Assembly (NCBI GenBank): GCA_965223665.1
Contig: OZ245011.1
Span: 2,496,001-2,560,000 of the forward strand
DNA: 64,000 nucleotides
Direction of reading: 5' to 3'
Source of the DNA: Nitrospinaceae bacterium
GTDB lineage: Bacteria > Nitrospinota > Nitrospinia > Nitrospinales > Nitrospinaceae
A program made the position numbers and the translations under genes. Positions 30,774 through 41,061 of this stretch are shown here, piece by piece (within the stretch, counting starts at the first letter, position 1; every line of letters begins with the position of its first letter). The notes under the pieces are model-generated. The model was not told where the DNA came from and made no database searches. It saw only the letters and a list, made by a program, of their open reading frames with translations.

Positions 30774-31568
30774 ATGAAATTCATATATACGTTCATACTA
30801 AGTTTAATTTTGATTGGTGTTTCAGTACCAACAGTTGCCGCAGCAAAAACACCACAGGAAAAAGGTCTGGAAATCGCAAAAGAAAACGATAAGCGGGATA
30901 ATGGATTCCAGGATTATAAAGCAGATGCCATCATGATTTTAAAAAATAAACAGGGAGACGAAAGCACAAGATATTTGCGATTTAAAGTTTTAGAAGTTCA
31001 AGGGGACGGAGATAAAAATATAACCATTTTTGATCGTCCCCGAGACATCAAAAATACTGCTTTCTTAAACTTTACTCATCCTCTTGGCAATGATGATCAG
31101 TGGCTATACCTGCCTGCATTAAAAAGGGTGAAACGCATCAGTTCTGCTAATAAATCCGGACCCTTCGTTGGCAGCGAGTTTGCTTATGAGGATCTCACGA
31201 GCCAGGAAGTTGAAAAATATTCCTACAAATGGATTCGCGATGAAGAATTTGAAGGAGAAAAATCTTTTGTTGTGGAGTATTATCCTGCATATGAAAATTC
31301 CGGTTATACTCGCCAGGTAGTTTGGATAGATCAAAAAAATTATAAAACCTTAAAGGTGGATTTTTATGATCGGAAAAACTCATTGCTCAAAACATTGACT
31401 TACAAAGGTTATAAACAATATCTGGATCAATACTGGTACCCCGATGAAATGTTTATGGTAAATCACCAGACAGGAAAGAGCACTCAACTGGTTTGGAAAA
31501 ATTATAAATTTCGCAATGGTCTGAGTAGCAAGCATTTCAATAAAAACAGCTTAAAACGAGCTCGATAA
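30774..31568 (+). CDS. Outer-membrane lipoprotein-sorting (LolA-like) protein
   Basis: DDQWLYLPALKRVKRIS, FVGSEFAYEDL; probable start ATG 30774 after GGGAG (the track starts at 30744). Confidence 0.88.
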   Translation: MKFIYTFILSLILIGVSVPTVAAAKTPQEKGLEIAKENDKRDNGFQDYKADAIMILKNKQGDESTRYLRFKVLEVQGDGDKNITIFDRPRDIKNTAFLNFTHPLGNDDQWLYLPALKRVKRISSANKSGPFVGSEFAYEDLTSQEVEKYSYKWIRDEEFEGEKSFVVEYYPAYENSGYTRQVVWIDQKNYKTLKVDFYDRKNSLLKTLTYKGYKQYLDQYWYPDEMFMVNHQTGKSTQLVWKNYKFRNGLSSKHFNKNSLKRAR

Positions 31569-31580
31569 TAAATTAATAAA

Positions 31581-32822
31581 GTGAATCCAAATCAAAAATT
31601 CGAAATAAGTTTCCTGCGATTGCAGTTAGTTTGCGTTTTAATGATCCTGTTTGGATTTTCTCCTTATTCAGTGGCACATGAGCTTACAGGTTCTGTAGGA
31701 GGAGAAGCCAGATATTTCCCTCAGAATCCTATACACAGCGGTCAACGAGACCAATCGGTTTCGGTAGTTTTTAAACCGGAGTATTACCATGAACTCGAAG
31801 ACGGGAGCAGCTTCACCTTCGCACCTTTTTTTCGTTTAGACAGTGGAGACTCAGAACGCACACACTTTGACATAAGAGAATTAACTTTTCTTTGGCTTCA
31901 TGACAAGTTCGAATTGAGACTGGGTGTCCGTAAAGTCTTTTGGGGAACCACCGAAGTTTTACATTTAGTGGACATTATCAATCAAACAGATCTGGTGGAA
32001 AACTTTGATGGTGAGCAGAAACTGGGGCAACCCATGATCAATTTTTCCATCGCACGAGATTGGGGGACTGTTGATTTTTTTATTTTACCTTATTTTCGAG
32101 AACGTACCTTTCCCGGTCAAAAAGGACGACTCCGGTTCTCTCTACCAGTCGACACAGATCGCGCAATATATGAAAGTGGTGCTGAAGAATGGCACACTGA
32201 CTTTGCTTTGCGTTACAGTCATACTTTTGGTGATTGGGATGTAGGCATTTACCATTTTGTCGGAACCAGCCGCGATCCCACTTTCCTGTTTAGAACCGAT
32301 GGTTCTGGTAACCCCATAATTGTTCCTTTATATCAACAGATTAACCAGACCGGCCTAGATGTTTCCTACGTAATCGGCAACTGGCTATGGAAACTGGAGG
32401 CGATTTACCGTATAGGACAAGGTGATTTACGGGGAGCAGCCACAAACAATTATTTTGCAGGAACGGGAGGTTTTGAGTATACCTTCACTGGAATATTTGG
32501 AACACGTATGGACCTTGGAGTCATAGGCGAATATTTGTACGATGATCGGCAAAGCTTTGCAATAACCCCCTTTCAAAATGATGTGGCCCTGGGTTTTCGC
32601 TTAGCCCTCAACGATGCAGCAAGTTCAGAAATTTTGTTTGGGTGGGTTCAAGATGTAAACTCGGACACACGATTTATTTTTGTAGAAGCCACCCGTCGTT
32701 TCGGGGACCATGTAACGGTTGATTTAGAGGTAAGGACTTTCCTCAGCCAACCCCCCACCGACTTTCTCTTCGCCCTCCGTGATGACGATCTGGTCCAATT
32801 GACTTTAAATTACTTTTTCTGA
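31581..32822 (+). CDS. Outer-membrane beta-barrel protein associated with MMPL/LolA-like operons
   Basis: Signal peptide, DIREL, G.RKVFWG.TE..HLVDIINQTD, terminal LNYFF. Confidence 0.75.
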   Translation: MNPNQKFEISFLRLQLVCVLMILFGFSPYSVAHELTGSVGGEARYFPQNPIHSGQRDQSVSVVFKPEYYHELEDGSSFTFAPFFRLDSGDSERTHFDIRELTFLWLHDKFELRLGVRKVFWGTTEVLHLVDIINQTDLVENFDGEQKLGQPMINFSIARDWGTVDFFILPYFRERTFPGQKGRLRFSLPVDTDRAIYESGAEEWHTDFALRYSHTFGDWDVGIYHFVGTSRDPTFLFRTDGSGNPIIVPLYQQINQTGLDVSYVIGNWLWKLEAIYRIGQGDLRGAATNNYFAGTGGFEYTFTGIFGTRMDLGVIGEYLYDDRQSFAITPFQNDVALGFRLALNDAASSEILFGWVQDVNSDTRFIFVEATRRFGDHVTVDLEVRTFLSQPPTDFLFALRDDDLVQLTLNYFF

Positions 32823-33040
32823 TTTTCTCAGTTTGTTTATTCCGGTTTGAAGTTTGAAGAAATTATTTTGAAAAGAGCTTTACAAACAATTTCTTTTTAA
32901 GGAAGAGTGTTGAGTAAAAAAGAGAATATAATTCAAAAGGAGACCGAGTCTTTTCCAATAGATGATCAAGGCGTCAGAAAATAACTCTAGAGGCAAGGAG
33001 AACATAGTTCTTTAAAGGATTAATATATTTTTGTCTTTTT

Positions 33041-33901
33041 TTAAGCCCATTGTTTCTCCATCGAACACCACTCTGAGATAAAATCAATACCTCCAATTTT
33101 TTCTCCCGTATCGGCTAGAATCACATCCTTACCTATTTCTACCTGCTCGAATGTTGCTAGGTAAGCCGGCAATTTAAACTGTTTTCCTAAATGGCTTCCT
33201 TCAAGGTTCACCACAAAGCTTTGGTTTGAAATGCTTTGAATTCTTCCGTACATTTGGGTAGACTTACCTTCTTCCAAGTTTTCGGAAATATAGGTAATAT
33301 CTATCAGTATTTTTTTCCCTATCAAACTTTCAAAATTACCAATATTCTCTATTGTAATAAAATCAATTTCATCATAATAATTTTCCAGACAAAAATATGA
33401 AATCCAAAAACAATTCATGAGTTGCCCTAGACCGTCCAGATATTCTGAAAAGGATATTGAATTACCATTTTTCAAAATCAGTTTGAGACCATTCCCCGTT
33501 ATCTCTGGGTTCTCGATTTCATCCCATTGAATTAGAGTGGAAAATTTACTAAATGTTTTTTTTATCCATATACCTTCTGAGTCAAAGGATATTTCACGAA
33601 AATATAAAAAATAATAAAAATAAATTACAATTCCTGTAATCATCAGGTTCACAAAATAAGCACCAATTTCCTGTCCTTTATTGGATTGAGAAATTGCATA
33701 TTGGACACAAATGGCCCCAATCATAAATCCAAAAAAAATGACAAAAGCCTTTTTTCCTGGTTTTAAAGTAAACCAACCCAATTCACCTTGAATAGTAGAA
33801 GCTTTGATAAATCCACTTACTATCATCAAAAGGAGACTAAGACCAAGAAATACAAAAAAAATTAAACTATCAAATGGCATTGCTAGAATTTTATTTAACA
33901 C
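33041..33901 (-). CDS. Hypothetical membrane protein (3 TM plus a PH-like soluble region)
   Basis: 286-aa ORF, three hydrophobic segments followed by EISFDSEGIWIK...IQWDEI. Confidence 0.65.
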   Translation of the reverse strand: MLNKILAMPFDSLIFFVFLGLSLLLMIVSGFIKASTIQGELGWFTLKPGKKAFVIFFGFMIGAICVQYAISQSNKGQEIGAYFVNLMITGIVIYFYYFLYFREISFDSEGIWIKKTFSKFSTLIQWDEIENPEITGNGLKLILKNGNSISFSEYLDGLGQLMNCFWISYFCLENYYDEIDFITIENIGNFESLIGKKILIDITYISENLEEGKSTQMYGRIQSISNQSFVVNLEGSHLGKQFKLPAYLATFEQVEIGKDVILADTGEKIGGIDFISEWCSMEKQWA

Positions 33902-34015
33902 TTTTTCCTTAAATTATTATCCCATTAAATTTTCAATTACTCGGAGCATTCCATTGGGGGAAAAAAAATTTATCCCTTATTTTTTTGCGCTCAGGATTGG
34001 ATATTTAATTAACAG

Positions 34016-34055
34016 AATAAAAGGGGCTTGGCATATTTGCCAAGCCCCTTTTATT
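34016..34055 (-). terminator. Rho-independent terminator of tRNA-Leu
   Basis: AATAAAAGGGGCTTGGCA-TATT-TGCCAAGCCCCTTTTATT perfect inverted repeat just 3' of the tRNA. Confidence 0.85.
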
Positions 34056-34059
34056 TTTA

Positions 34060-34146
34060 TGGTGCGAGGGGCGGGAATCGAACCCGCACGAGGTTGCCCT
34101 CACAGGATTTTAAGTCCTGGGCGTCTACCAGTTCCGCCACCCTCGC
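34060..34146 (-). tRNA. tRNA-Leu(UAA)
   Basis: GCGAGGGTGGCGGAACTGGTAGACGCCCAGGACTTAAAATCCTG...GGTTCGATTCCCGCCCCTCGCACCA; long variable arm, encoded CCA. Confidence 0.97.
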
Positions 34147-34469
34147 TCAATCAGCGATATTCACTTTGGTAAGAAGTATAGCTTCCCCGAATGAGGTCCG
34201 GGGATTTTTTTACTGCTTTTAAGCACTGAAAATCCATTACAATTATCATTAGATTCTCAAGTTAGGCTGGAAATGTATCAGTTTTTGTGAAATATTCAAC
34301 CCTTGTTTGACATCGAATTGAATCTTGCCCTCCAACCCTGCATCTAAAGAGGTACTTGATTTTCAATTTTACCTCAATCCTTCAAAATTTCTACAATTGA
34401 GGTTCAAAGAATATACAAAAAAGTATAAACCATCTGTTCAAAACAGAATAATTTACGAGAATATATATT

Positions 34470-35078
34470 ATGAATACAACCCGTCGTTTTACAGTAGTCG
34501 CTACTGAGCCCACTCCTAATCCTGCTGCCTATAAATTTAACGTAAATGGCACCATCATTGCGGAGGGATCTAAAGCTTATAATAATGAATCGGAAGCCGA
34601 GGGTGATCCGTTTGCCGAGCAAATTTTTTCTTTTGGTGTGGTCGACTTTATCTTTATTCAGGGCCGTTTTGTTTCGGTAACTCTCACCTCTGCGGAGGAA
34701 TGGGAATTGTTAATGGATCCCATGATCGAAGCCATTGAAGAAAACCTTATCCCCTATAATACTGGTTCTGAGAGGGAATCTAAAAAACCTTCTATTTTAG
34801 AAAAAGTGGACCTGGACAAGTTTGATGAATACCCTGATGATGAAAAAGCGGACATCATTGATGCCTATATGGATGAAACCGTTCGGCCAGCATTAGCGGG
34901 CGACGGGGGCGGGTTAATCGTAATGGGTGTGGAAGACAATGTCGTTAAAATACGATACCAGGGAGCTTGCGGCAGTTGCTCTAAATCCCAAACCAGCACC
35001 TTAGGTGCAATTCAAAGTATTCTAAAAAATAAACTCAGTGATAAATTATCCGTTGTCATCGGGGGTTTTATGGATTAA
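34470..35078 (+). CDS. NifU/NfuA-like Fe-S carrier (Nfu_N plus NifU C-terminal domain)
   Basis: TEPTPNPAAYKF; VRPALAGDGG; YQGACGSC. Confidence 0.9.
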   Translation: MNTTRRFTVVATEPTPNPAAYKFNVNGTIIAEGSKAYNNESEAEGDPFAEQIFSFGVVDFIFIQGRFVSVTLTSAEEWELLMDPMIEAIEENLIPYNTGSERESKKPSILEKVDLDKFDEYPDDEKADIIDAYMDETVRPALAGDGGGLIVMGVEDNVVKIRYQGACGSCSKSQTSTLGAIQSILKNKLSDKLSVVIGGFMD

Positions 35079-35159
35079 AAATCTAAAATCCATAATTTCC
35101 ATAAACTAAAAGAATCTGTTCACAATTCAATTGGTATACGGTACCACCTTGAAATTCTT

Positions 35160-35999
35160 ATGAGAGATCCAAAGCGAATTTTGCAAAAGATTTTTGGGAA
35201 ATCCGTAGATTTACAACCCTTTGAAAAATCAGGAGAACCTTTAGACCTTTTAGTTGAAACTTTGCGCGAGGTCCAGCGTTGCCGAAAGTTTAAACAATGG
35301 CTTAAAGACCATACTGGAATAGAAGCTGCCCTACCTCCCAAGTCTTTTCAAGAGCTTTTAAAAATTCCCGAAATTAATTTCTCAGAAACAGCGGACAGAA
35401 ATTTAGATATCCATCAAACCTCTCTATTAGAAACAAGAAACCCTGAAGATCCCGTTTCCATCGCTAACCTAAACACTTTCTTGAGAGAATTATTTAAAGA
35501 TCTAAACAATTTAAATGAATTAAAAACAAAAGAGCATTCGCAATTAAGATTAGTAGAAACTATGTCAGGGGATTTGGTAGAACGAGTAACATTTTATATT
35601 CAAAAATTGCAGCAATTGGATTTAAGAGGCGTGGGTTATTTGCTAACCGGATTCAGTGCTAAAAAAATTGAAAACCAGTTTCAAAAACTATTTCCAGATG
35701 CTAGCGGAGTACATCCCCTAAGAAAACATATAAGTAAGGTGCAACTTGAATTAGGATTTTATCACTTATGCTTAGAACTAAATATTAAATGGGCGGTCAC
35801 AGGTATGGATTTGTTTTCTATTTTAAGAAAAAATATACTCCATCAGGTTATTCAAAATACTGGAGAATTGGGTAACAGTATTTGGAACCTGGTTTATAAC
35901 GGAATGAAGTTACCCATTTGCCTTGAAATAGTGGGCATCAAGTTCGATGACGCACAAACCATATTTGATGAACAACAGGTTCCACTTACCAATGCCTGA
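35160..35999 (+). CDS. Hypothetical protein
   Basis: 279-aa ORF with no recognised motif. Confidence 0.7.
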   Translation: MRDPKRILQKIFGKSVDLQPFEKSGEPLDLLVETLREVQRCRKFKQWLKDHTGIEAALPPKSFQELLKIPEINFSETADRNLDIHQTSLLETRNPEDPVSIANLNTFLRELFKDLNNLNELKTKEHSQLRLVETMSGDLVERVTFYIQKLQQLDLRGVGYLLTGFSAKKIENQFQKLFPDASGVHPLRKHISKVQLELGFYHLCLELNIKWAVTGMDLFSILRKNILHQVIQNTGELGNSIWNLVYNGMKLPICLEIVGIKFDDAQTIFDEQQVPLTNA

Positions 36000-36036
36000 C
36001 TGCAAAGTTTAACAACCCCACAGCAGGCTACCTTTT

Positions 36037-36597
36037 TTAAAGATGCCCGCTGGTTTTAACTTGAAATCCTTCCACTTTATCCATTAACAACTGTTTGATG
36101 TTTGTCAGTTTCTTTGCTTCCAATAAAGCATTTTTACCTTCATCTTTTATTTTATTGAGACGAACATCCAATCGGACCAAATTTGTAAATAACGGAAGAA
36201 ATTTAGCGAGCATTTTTGCTCCCTCATCACCAAAATTATTGTCGGACAGTGTTAAATTTTGCAGACTCAAAAGATTATCAGAGACTGCCAGAAATTTTAT
36301 TCCGTCATTTCCCAAATTGTTGTAAAACAGATTGAGAGAAGTCAGGTTCACTAAATATTTTGATTGGGTCAGACTTTTCATTCCTTTCGGACCTATCAAA
36401 TTGGTACCCAATTCCAGTGTTCTTAAATCTTTCAAAAACTCCATGTTGGCAATATCTTTAGCACCATATTCTTTTAAATAGGCCGCCGTGAGGTCAAGGG
36501 TTTTGCCATCACTACTCAATTCGGATTTAACTAAATCCACCGTTTCTTGGAAGGCACGGTTTTGTCCCTTTGCTTCCCGATTCAGTGAAGTATCCAT
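36037..36597 (-). CDS. Leucine-rich-repeat protein (RNase-inhibitor/GALA-like ~28-aa repeats)
   Basis: LRTLELGTNLIGPKG, LTSLNLFYNNLGNDG, LQNLTLSDNNFGDEG, LVRLDVRLNKIKDEG; GGAGG SD. Confidence 0.88.
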   Translation of the reverse strand: MDTSLNREAKGQNRAFQETVDLVKSELSSDGKTLDLTAAYLKEYGAKDIANMEFLKDLRTLELGTNLIGPKGMKSLTQSKYLVNLTSLNLFYNNLGNDGIKFLAVSDNLLSLQNLTLSDNNFGDEGAKMLAKFLPLFTNLVRLDVRLNKIKDEGKNALLEAKKLTNIKQLLMDKVEGFQVKTSGHL

Positions 36598-36847
36598 AAA
36601 AAACTACCTCCTAAAATACATTTATTTTTGGCCTATGGCCCTGTCAACCAACTGTAATAATTGAGACCTTCCGTTTCTCTATTTCTTTATAAATAGAGGG
36701 TTGTAAGGCTCCCATTTGTTCACCAAGGGCTCCAAAAAAGAAAAACTTAAGGTTTGGAACCGTTTTCTTGGTTTTCTCCCTCAAACTTTGCTATGATACG
36801 GCTTGCTATTTTAACCCGAACTATAGGATTTGAGGAGACTTTTTCTG

Positions 36848-37381
36848 ATGTCTAACTTAAGCCAGTCCGAACTGGAAGTCAGTCTCGGGAACAATGTTAT
36901 TGTGACCCAGATGACCCAAGCCGTCAACTGGGCTCGAAAATATTCTTTCTTTATTTATCCATTTATTACTGCTTGTTGCGGGATGGAATTTATGTCTGTA
37001 GCTGGCCCACGCTATGATTTAGATCGATTTGGGGCCGCTTTTCCGCGGTTTTCACCCCGGCAGGCCGATTTATTGATGGTAGTGGGTACCATCAGCCATA
37101 AACAAGCTCCTATTTTGGTTAAAGTTTACAATCAAATGACTGAACCGAAATGGGTTGTAGCTTATGGCGTATGTACCGTATCTGGCGGATTTTACGATAA
37201 TTATTCCACTGTAATGGGAATAGACACCTTAATTCCGGTGGATGTTTATATTCCGGGGTGTCCTCCAAGACCGGAAATGGTCATCGATGCACTCATTAAA
37301 CTGCAGGATAAAGTTCAACAAGAAACTTTGGCAGACCATGTAAAAGGTCCTGCTTTAGTCACTCCCCCTGAGCGTTTATAG
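36848..37381 (+). CDS. nuoB: NADH-quinone oxidoreductase subunit B, stand-alone
   Basis: WARKYS, TACCGMEFM, RFSPRQADL, YGVCTVSGG, PVDVYIPGCPPRPE; ATG 36848 after GAGGAG. Confidence 0.93.
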   Translation: MSNLSQSELEVSLGNNVIVTQMTQAVNWARKYSFFIYPFITACCGMEFMSVAGPRYDLDRFGAAFPRFSPRQADLLMVVGTISHKQAPILVKVYNQMTEPKWVVAYGVCTVSGGFYDNYSTVMGIDTLIPVDVYIPGCPPRPEMVIDALIKLQDKVQQETLADHVKGPALVTPPERL

Positions 37382-37409
37382 GTAAGGAGTTATTTCCTCC
37401 AAACAGCGT

Positions 37410-38708
37410 TTACTCCCGATCCAAATGGATCGGGAGTTTTTTTATAGTTTGAATAAATTTTTCCGCCGCTTGTTTTTCTAAAACTGAAAAATTGGGATTC
37501 AGGCTCATTTTTTCCACCCCTTTCAATTTACGCTTCAAATATTCCTGAAAATCATTCTGAGCCGACTCCGGAATCGATAAGTTTACCTTTCCATTAGGAT
37601 AAATAAACATTTCTCTTAAAAAATTAAAATAGAGAACTCTTCTTTTTTTTCGATTTAAAATTTTTAAACCATGCCGCAAATGCATCATGAATTCATTTTT
37701 TCTATCGATTCGGTAAGCTAATCTTGTGTTATCATCTTTCTCCATTTGACCGAAATATAAGGATTTTGCTTGTTTCAATTTTTCTGAATTTAAATCCACT
37801 GTAGGGACGGGGAGCAATTTAACAGCCGCAATATCTAATAGTAAAGAAGCAATTCCCGTGCGCCTGGTCCAGTAAGCGGCTTCCAACGGTTGACTTCGAT
37901 ATAGTCGACTGACTTCTTTTAATAGAGGTTCTAATTTATGGATCGCCTTGGTTAAGGATTCAATTTCAGGGGAGTGGTTTTTTCTAATAAACCATTGCAC
38001 CTCACGCGGCACCTTAGATTGCTCCCTATAAGGTTGGGCAAAATAATCATCCAATATTTGATCCAATTCCGAAACCCAAAATGCCTGGACAACATCCACA
38101 AAATACGGAAAATTTAATATTAAAAATTGTGGATTCGCTTTGAGGTTTAACCCATAAGCTTCAAGTTCATTAACTGCGCCGAGGAAAGGCTGAGACAGGT
38201 GCAACAACTCATGCAAATGAGTGGCCTCCCCATAAACTTTAGAGTCAATAATAATACTGGAAGGAAACACTCTGATGGTTTCAAAGGTAGCATGCGCCAA
38301 TTGACCAGGTCGCAATAGCTGGTTTCCATACGGTTGGATAATATATTGTTTGAGGGAAAGGGATTTTACTTCTTCAGGAAAAAACTTTTTTAATCGTTTG
38401 AGTACCCTGTGTATCCTTTGTTCCGCACTTTTTGCCAATTCTTCTGCTTTATGACATCGAGAACACTTATAGTCATAAAAACCAGGAATCAAAACCGTCG
38501 ATTCCAGGTCATCTCGAAGTGGAAAAGAATAATTATAGGTTTCTAATTTCTCTCCCGTATTCTGAGGGTCCCGATGAGGAGAATGAATTTCTAATAAGGA
38601 ATTTAACTCTCCAATCCCTATAGCAATTTCCTGCGCAAATGCGACGGAACAAACACTTCCGCAAAAAAATAAAATACACAAAAAAGAAATTCTAAATGTT
38701 GCTCGCAA
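37410..38708 (-). CDS. Exported protein with one CxxCH and an HExxH motif
   Basis: Signal peptide, CSRCH, HLHELLH...NELEAY; abuts the upstream cytochrome gene. Confidence 0.7.
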   Translation of the reverse strand: MRATFRISFLCILFFCGSVCSVAFAQEIAIGIGELNSLLEIHSPHRDPQNTGEKLETYNYSFPLRDDLESTVLIPGFYDYKCSRCHKAEELAKSAEQRIHRVLKRLKKFFPEEVKSLSLKQYIIQPYGNQLLRPGQLAHATFETIRVFPSSIIIDSKVYGEATHLHELLHLSQPFLGAVNELEAYGLNLKANPQFLILNFPYFVDVVQAFWVSELDQILDDYFAQPYREQSKVPREVQWFIRKNHSPEIESLTKAIHKLEPLLKEVSRLYRSQPLEAAYWTRRTGIASLLLDIAAVKLLPVPTVDLNSEKLKQAKSLYFGQMEKDDNTRLAYRIDRKNEFMMHLRHGLKILNRKKRRVLYFNFLREMFIYPNGKVNLSIPESAQNDFQEYLKRKLKGVEKMSLNPNFSVLEKQAAEKFIQTIKKLPIHLDRE

Positions 38709-40523
38709 TTAACCGCCCTGCCCCTTCGGGGTGGGAGTTTCTGATTTTACGTTTAAGCGTTGCCATACGCTCACTACCTTACGTCCATTACGATCTTCTT
38801 TTACGCCATCCCATACAGCCAAAGCTACTAAGATAGGTTCTTTTTTAACAAAATTTGCATCCCACTTATTTGCGCTGGCCATATCTCTGAGAAATACTAC
38901 CGTCCATTCACCATCCTTCCAAGTTCCATAACCTTCAACATTTTGAAGCTCGGGTCTTTGGGGCGTGATGGTTCCAAATCCCTCAGCATTTAATTCTTCA
39001 ACTGAATTTTGAGAAGTAGAATTTAATTTAGAAATTGGATTGGACATAACCCCTCCAAAAATCAGAGCATCCATATCCACCCCACCGGTTGAATATTCTG
39101 AGTCTTCAGTTGCTTCCAAAGTTTCCTCCAATCCAGCCTTCCAATGCCATATGTTAACTGGCTTACCGCGATTGCCCATTCCAAAAAAAGGTTCATTATG
39201 ACCATGTGTATGCAATGTCACATCACCTAAAGCAAATTGAACAGCGACTCCATCGCGGAAAATATCTCCTCGATTTTCAATAAAGCCATCCTTAGTGGGA
39301 TCTTTCCATTTAAGACGTATAGCTAATTGCTCTCCATTATTAACAGAAGAAAAGTTAACAATTTCTACCGCACCCCTTCTAGCAGACAGAGGTCGCAAAA
39401 CTAAATTTACTGACTTTATGTCTTTCCAGACCGGGCTTTCCGGATTAGTATCCAATTCATAGGGTACATATTGAGAGTAAACATCAGATTCAAATTCTCC
39501 CTTAGAAAACCCTTTAACAAACCGTGACCGAATATAATGAACCAAAGCCCAACGGTCTTCCTCAGATAAATTCGAGTAAGAGTTCATGGGGGTGCCATCT
39601 AATCCGGTAGAAATGGTTTTAAAAATGGCTTTGGGATCATGACCCGCTTTAAAATAATTGGGATTGGTAATGTCATGAACAAACACTGCATGTTTCCAGG
39701 CGTCCATCAATGAATCCGCCAATCGACCATCTCCTTTACCACCGTCGCCATGACAATCATTACATTTGTTTTTAAAATAGAGCTTTTTACCCTTTGTAAT
39801 CATTTCATCTGATGAAGGAATAGGATTTATTTTAATAGAATCTCCAGGGGGATCACTGCGAAATCGATCTGAAAAGCTTTTAATTAAATTGACTAAAGCC
39901 CAAGTATCTTCAGGAGACAATGCCTCACCCCACGCGGGCATAGAAGTATTTGGTACTCCATTAACAATAGTACGATATAAATCTTCATCTCTTGGTAATG
40001 TCCCAGTAGGTGTAGATCTAAATTTAAATATACCTTTGCGAAAATCGCGCGGCCATGGATATAAATAGTCAGTGGCCGTACCGCCACCATTTCCATCTCT
40101 TCCATGACAATACACACACATGTGTAAATATATGTTGCGCCCACGAGCCAAGAGAGCTTGCGCTTTGGTTTTGGGTTTTTGTATTTTTTCTAAATCATGA
40201 GCCCCGCGCGTTCGAAAAGGATCATTACCTTTCATACTCATACCGCCATGATCCATGCTGCCATGGTCCATATGACCGCCGTGGTCCATGGGCTCAGGCG
40301 CTTCTTCAACATATTCCGAACCGGGTTCAGTTTTTTTATCCTCTCCAAACCCAATCATACCCTCAGGTTTTGGAGCTAATTTTTCTAAATCATGCTTATG
40401 CTTCTCTTCTCCATGGGAAAACACAATGTTTGGAAAACATAAAAAAAGCCCTGCAATCCATAAAACCAGCAGGGCAATACTTTTGCCAAAACCCATTCCG
40501 GGTAAAATTTTTATCATAACCAC
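38709..40523 (-). CDS. Di-haem cytochrome c fused to an EbdC/DMSO-reductase-family type II gamma (haem b) domain; NxrC-like candidate
   Basis: CVYCH and CNDCH, PWPRDF, MPAW; C-terminal IRLKWKDPT, FRDGVAVQF, FGMGN..PVNIWHWKA, AVWDG...RNGRK. Confidence 0.82.
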   Translation of the reverse strand: MVMIKILPGMGFGKSIALLVLWIAGLFLCFPNIVFSHGEEKHKHDLEKLAPKPEGMIGFGEDKKTEPGSEYVEEAPEPMDHGGHMDHGSMDHGGMSMKGNDPFRTRGAHDLEKIQKPKTKAQALLARGRNIYLHMCVYCHGRDGNGGGTATDYLYPWPRDFRKGIFKFRSTPTGTLPRDEDLYRTIVNGVPNTSMPAWGEALSPEDTWALVNLIKSFSDRFRSDPPGDSIKINPIPSSDEMITKGKKLYFKNKCNDCHGDGGKGDGRLADSLMDAWKHAVFVHDITNPNYFKAGHDPKAIFKTISTGLDGTPMNSYSNLSEEDRWALVHYIRSRFVKGFSKGEFESDVYSQYVPYELDTNPESPVWKDIKSVNLVLRPLSARRGAVEIVNFSSVNNGEQLAIRLKWKDPTKDGFIENRGDIFRDGVAVQFALGDVTLHTHGHNEPFFGMGNRGKPVNIWHWKAGLEETLEATEDSEYSTGGVDMDALIFGGVMSNPISKLNSTSQNSVEELNAEGFGTITPQRPELQNVEGYGTWKDGEWTVVFLRDMASANKWDANFVKKEPILVALAVWDGVKEDRNGRKVVSVWQRLNVKSETPTPKGQGG

Positions 40524-40557
40524 GACCTCTTGATTTGAGGAAAATTTGTTTTATCAA

Positions 40558-41061
40558 TTATTTGTCAGAACGAACCATAATGACGCCCTGATCCAAATCA
40601 GCTAAATCTTTCAAATTAAAATAATCTTCTTGTTGGCCCAACCCAAAATACCAGGCATTATCTAAATTTCTTTCATCGCCAGACCATACATAATAGCTTC
40701 CACCCTTAGAAAATACCTTGGGAAGCCCAATAGGTTCATTGTCTTTACTAAAATTTGGAACCTGTGGATCCCATATTTCCCTAAGTTCTTTCATTGAAGG
40801 AAGCCTCCAATTACTATGACCTGCAAACTTTTCAGAATTTTTCTTATCTACATATTCCAATGCATCATACCAATTCATACCCTTTTTTACTTCATGGTAA
40901 GAATCTGCTTTTTGCCATATAAGTCCAGTTTTAGTATCCAATATTGTTCCTTTTCCATTTTCTTTAAACCGAGGTGAATCCGCAAAAGAAAAGGAAGCCA
41001 TTACAAGAAGTAAAACAAGGAGGGAAGTCCAACCGAGAATTCCATTGTAAAATCTTTTCAT
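40558..41061 (-). CDS. DUF1566 (Lcl C-terminal-like) secreted protein
   Basis: GTILDTKTGLIWQK, MNWYDA, GHSNWRLPSMKEL. Confidence 0.88.
   Translation of the reverse strand: MKRFYNGILGWTSLLVLLLVMASFSFADSPRFKENGKGTILDTKTGLIWQKADSYHEVKKGMNWYDALEYVDKKNSEKFAGHSNWRLPSMKELREIWDPQVPNFSKDNEPIGLPKVFSKGGSYYVWSGDERNLDNAWYFGLGQQEDYFNLKDLADLDQGVIMVRSDK

Noticed and set aside
27600-34146. Genomic island integrated at tRNA-Leu
   Set aside because: No integrase and no duplicated tRNA 3' end (att site) found by eye; the tRNA terminator is intact directly downstream.
33804-34222. Plus-strand ORFs of 122 and 64 aa
   Set aside because: They overlap tRNA-Leu and its terminator in antisense; spurious.
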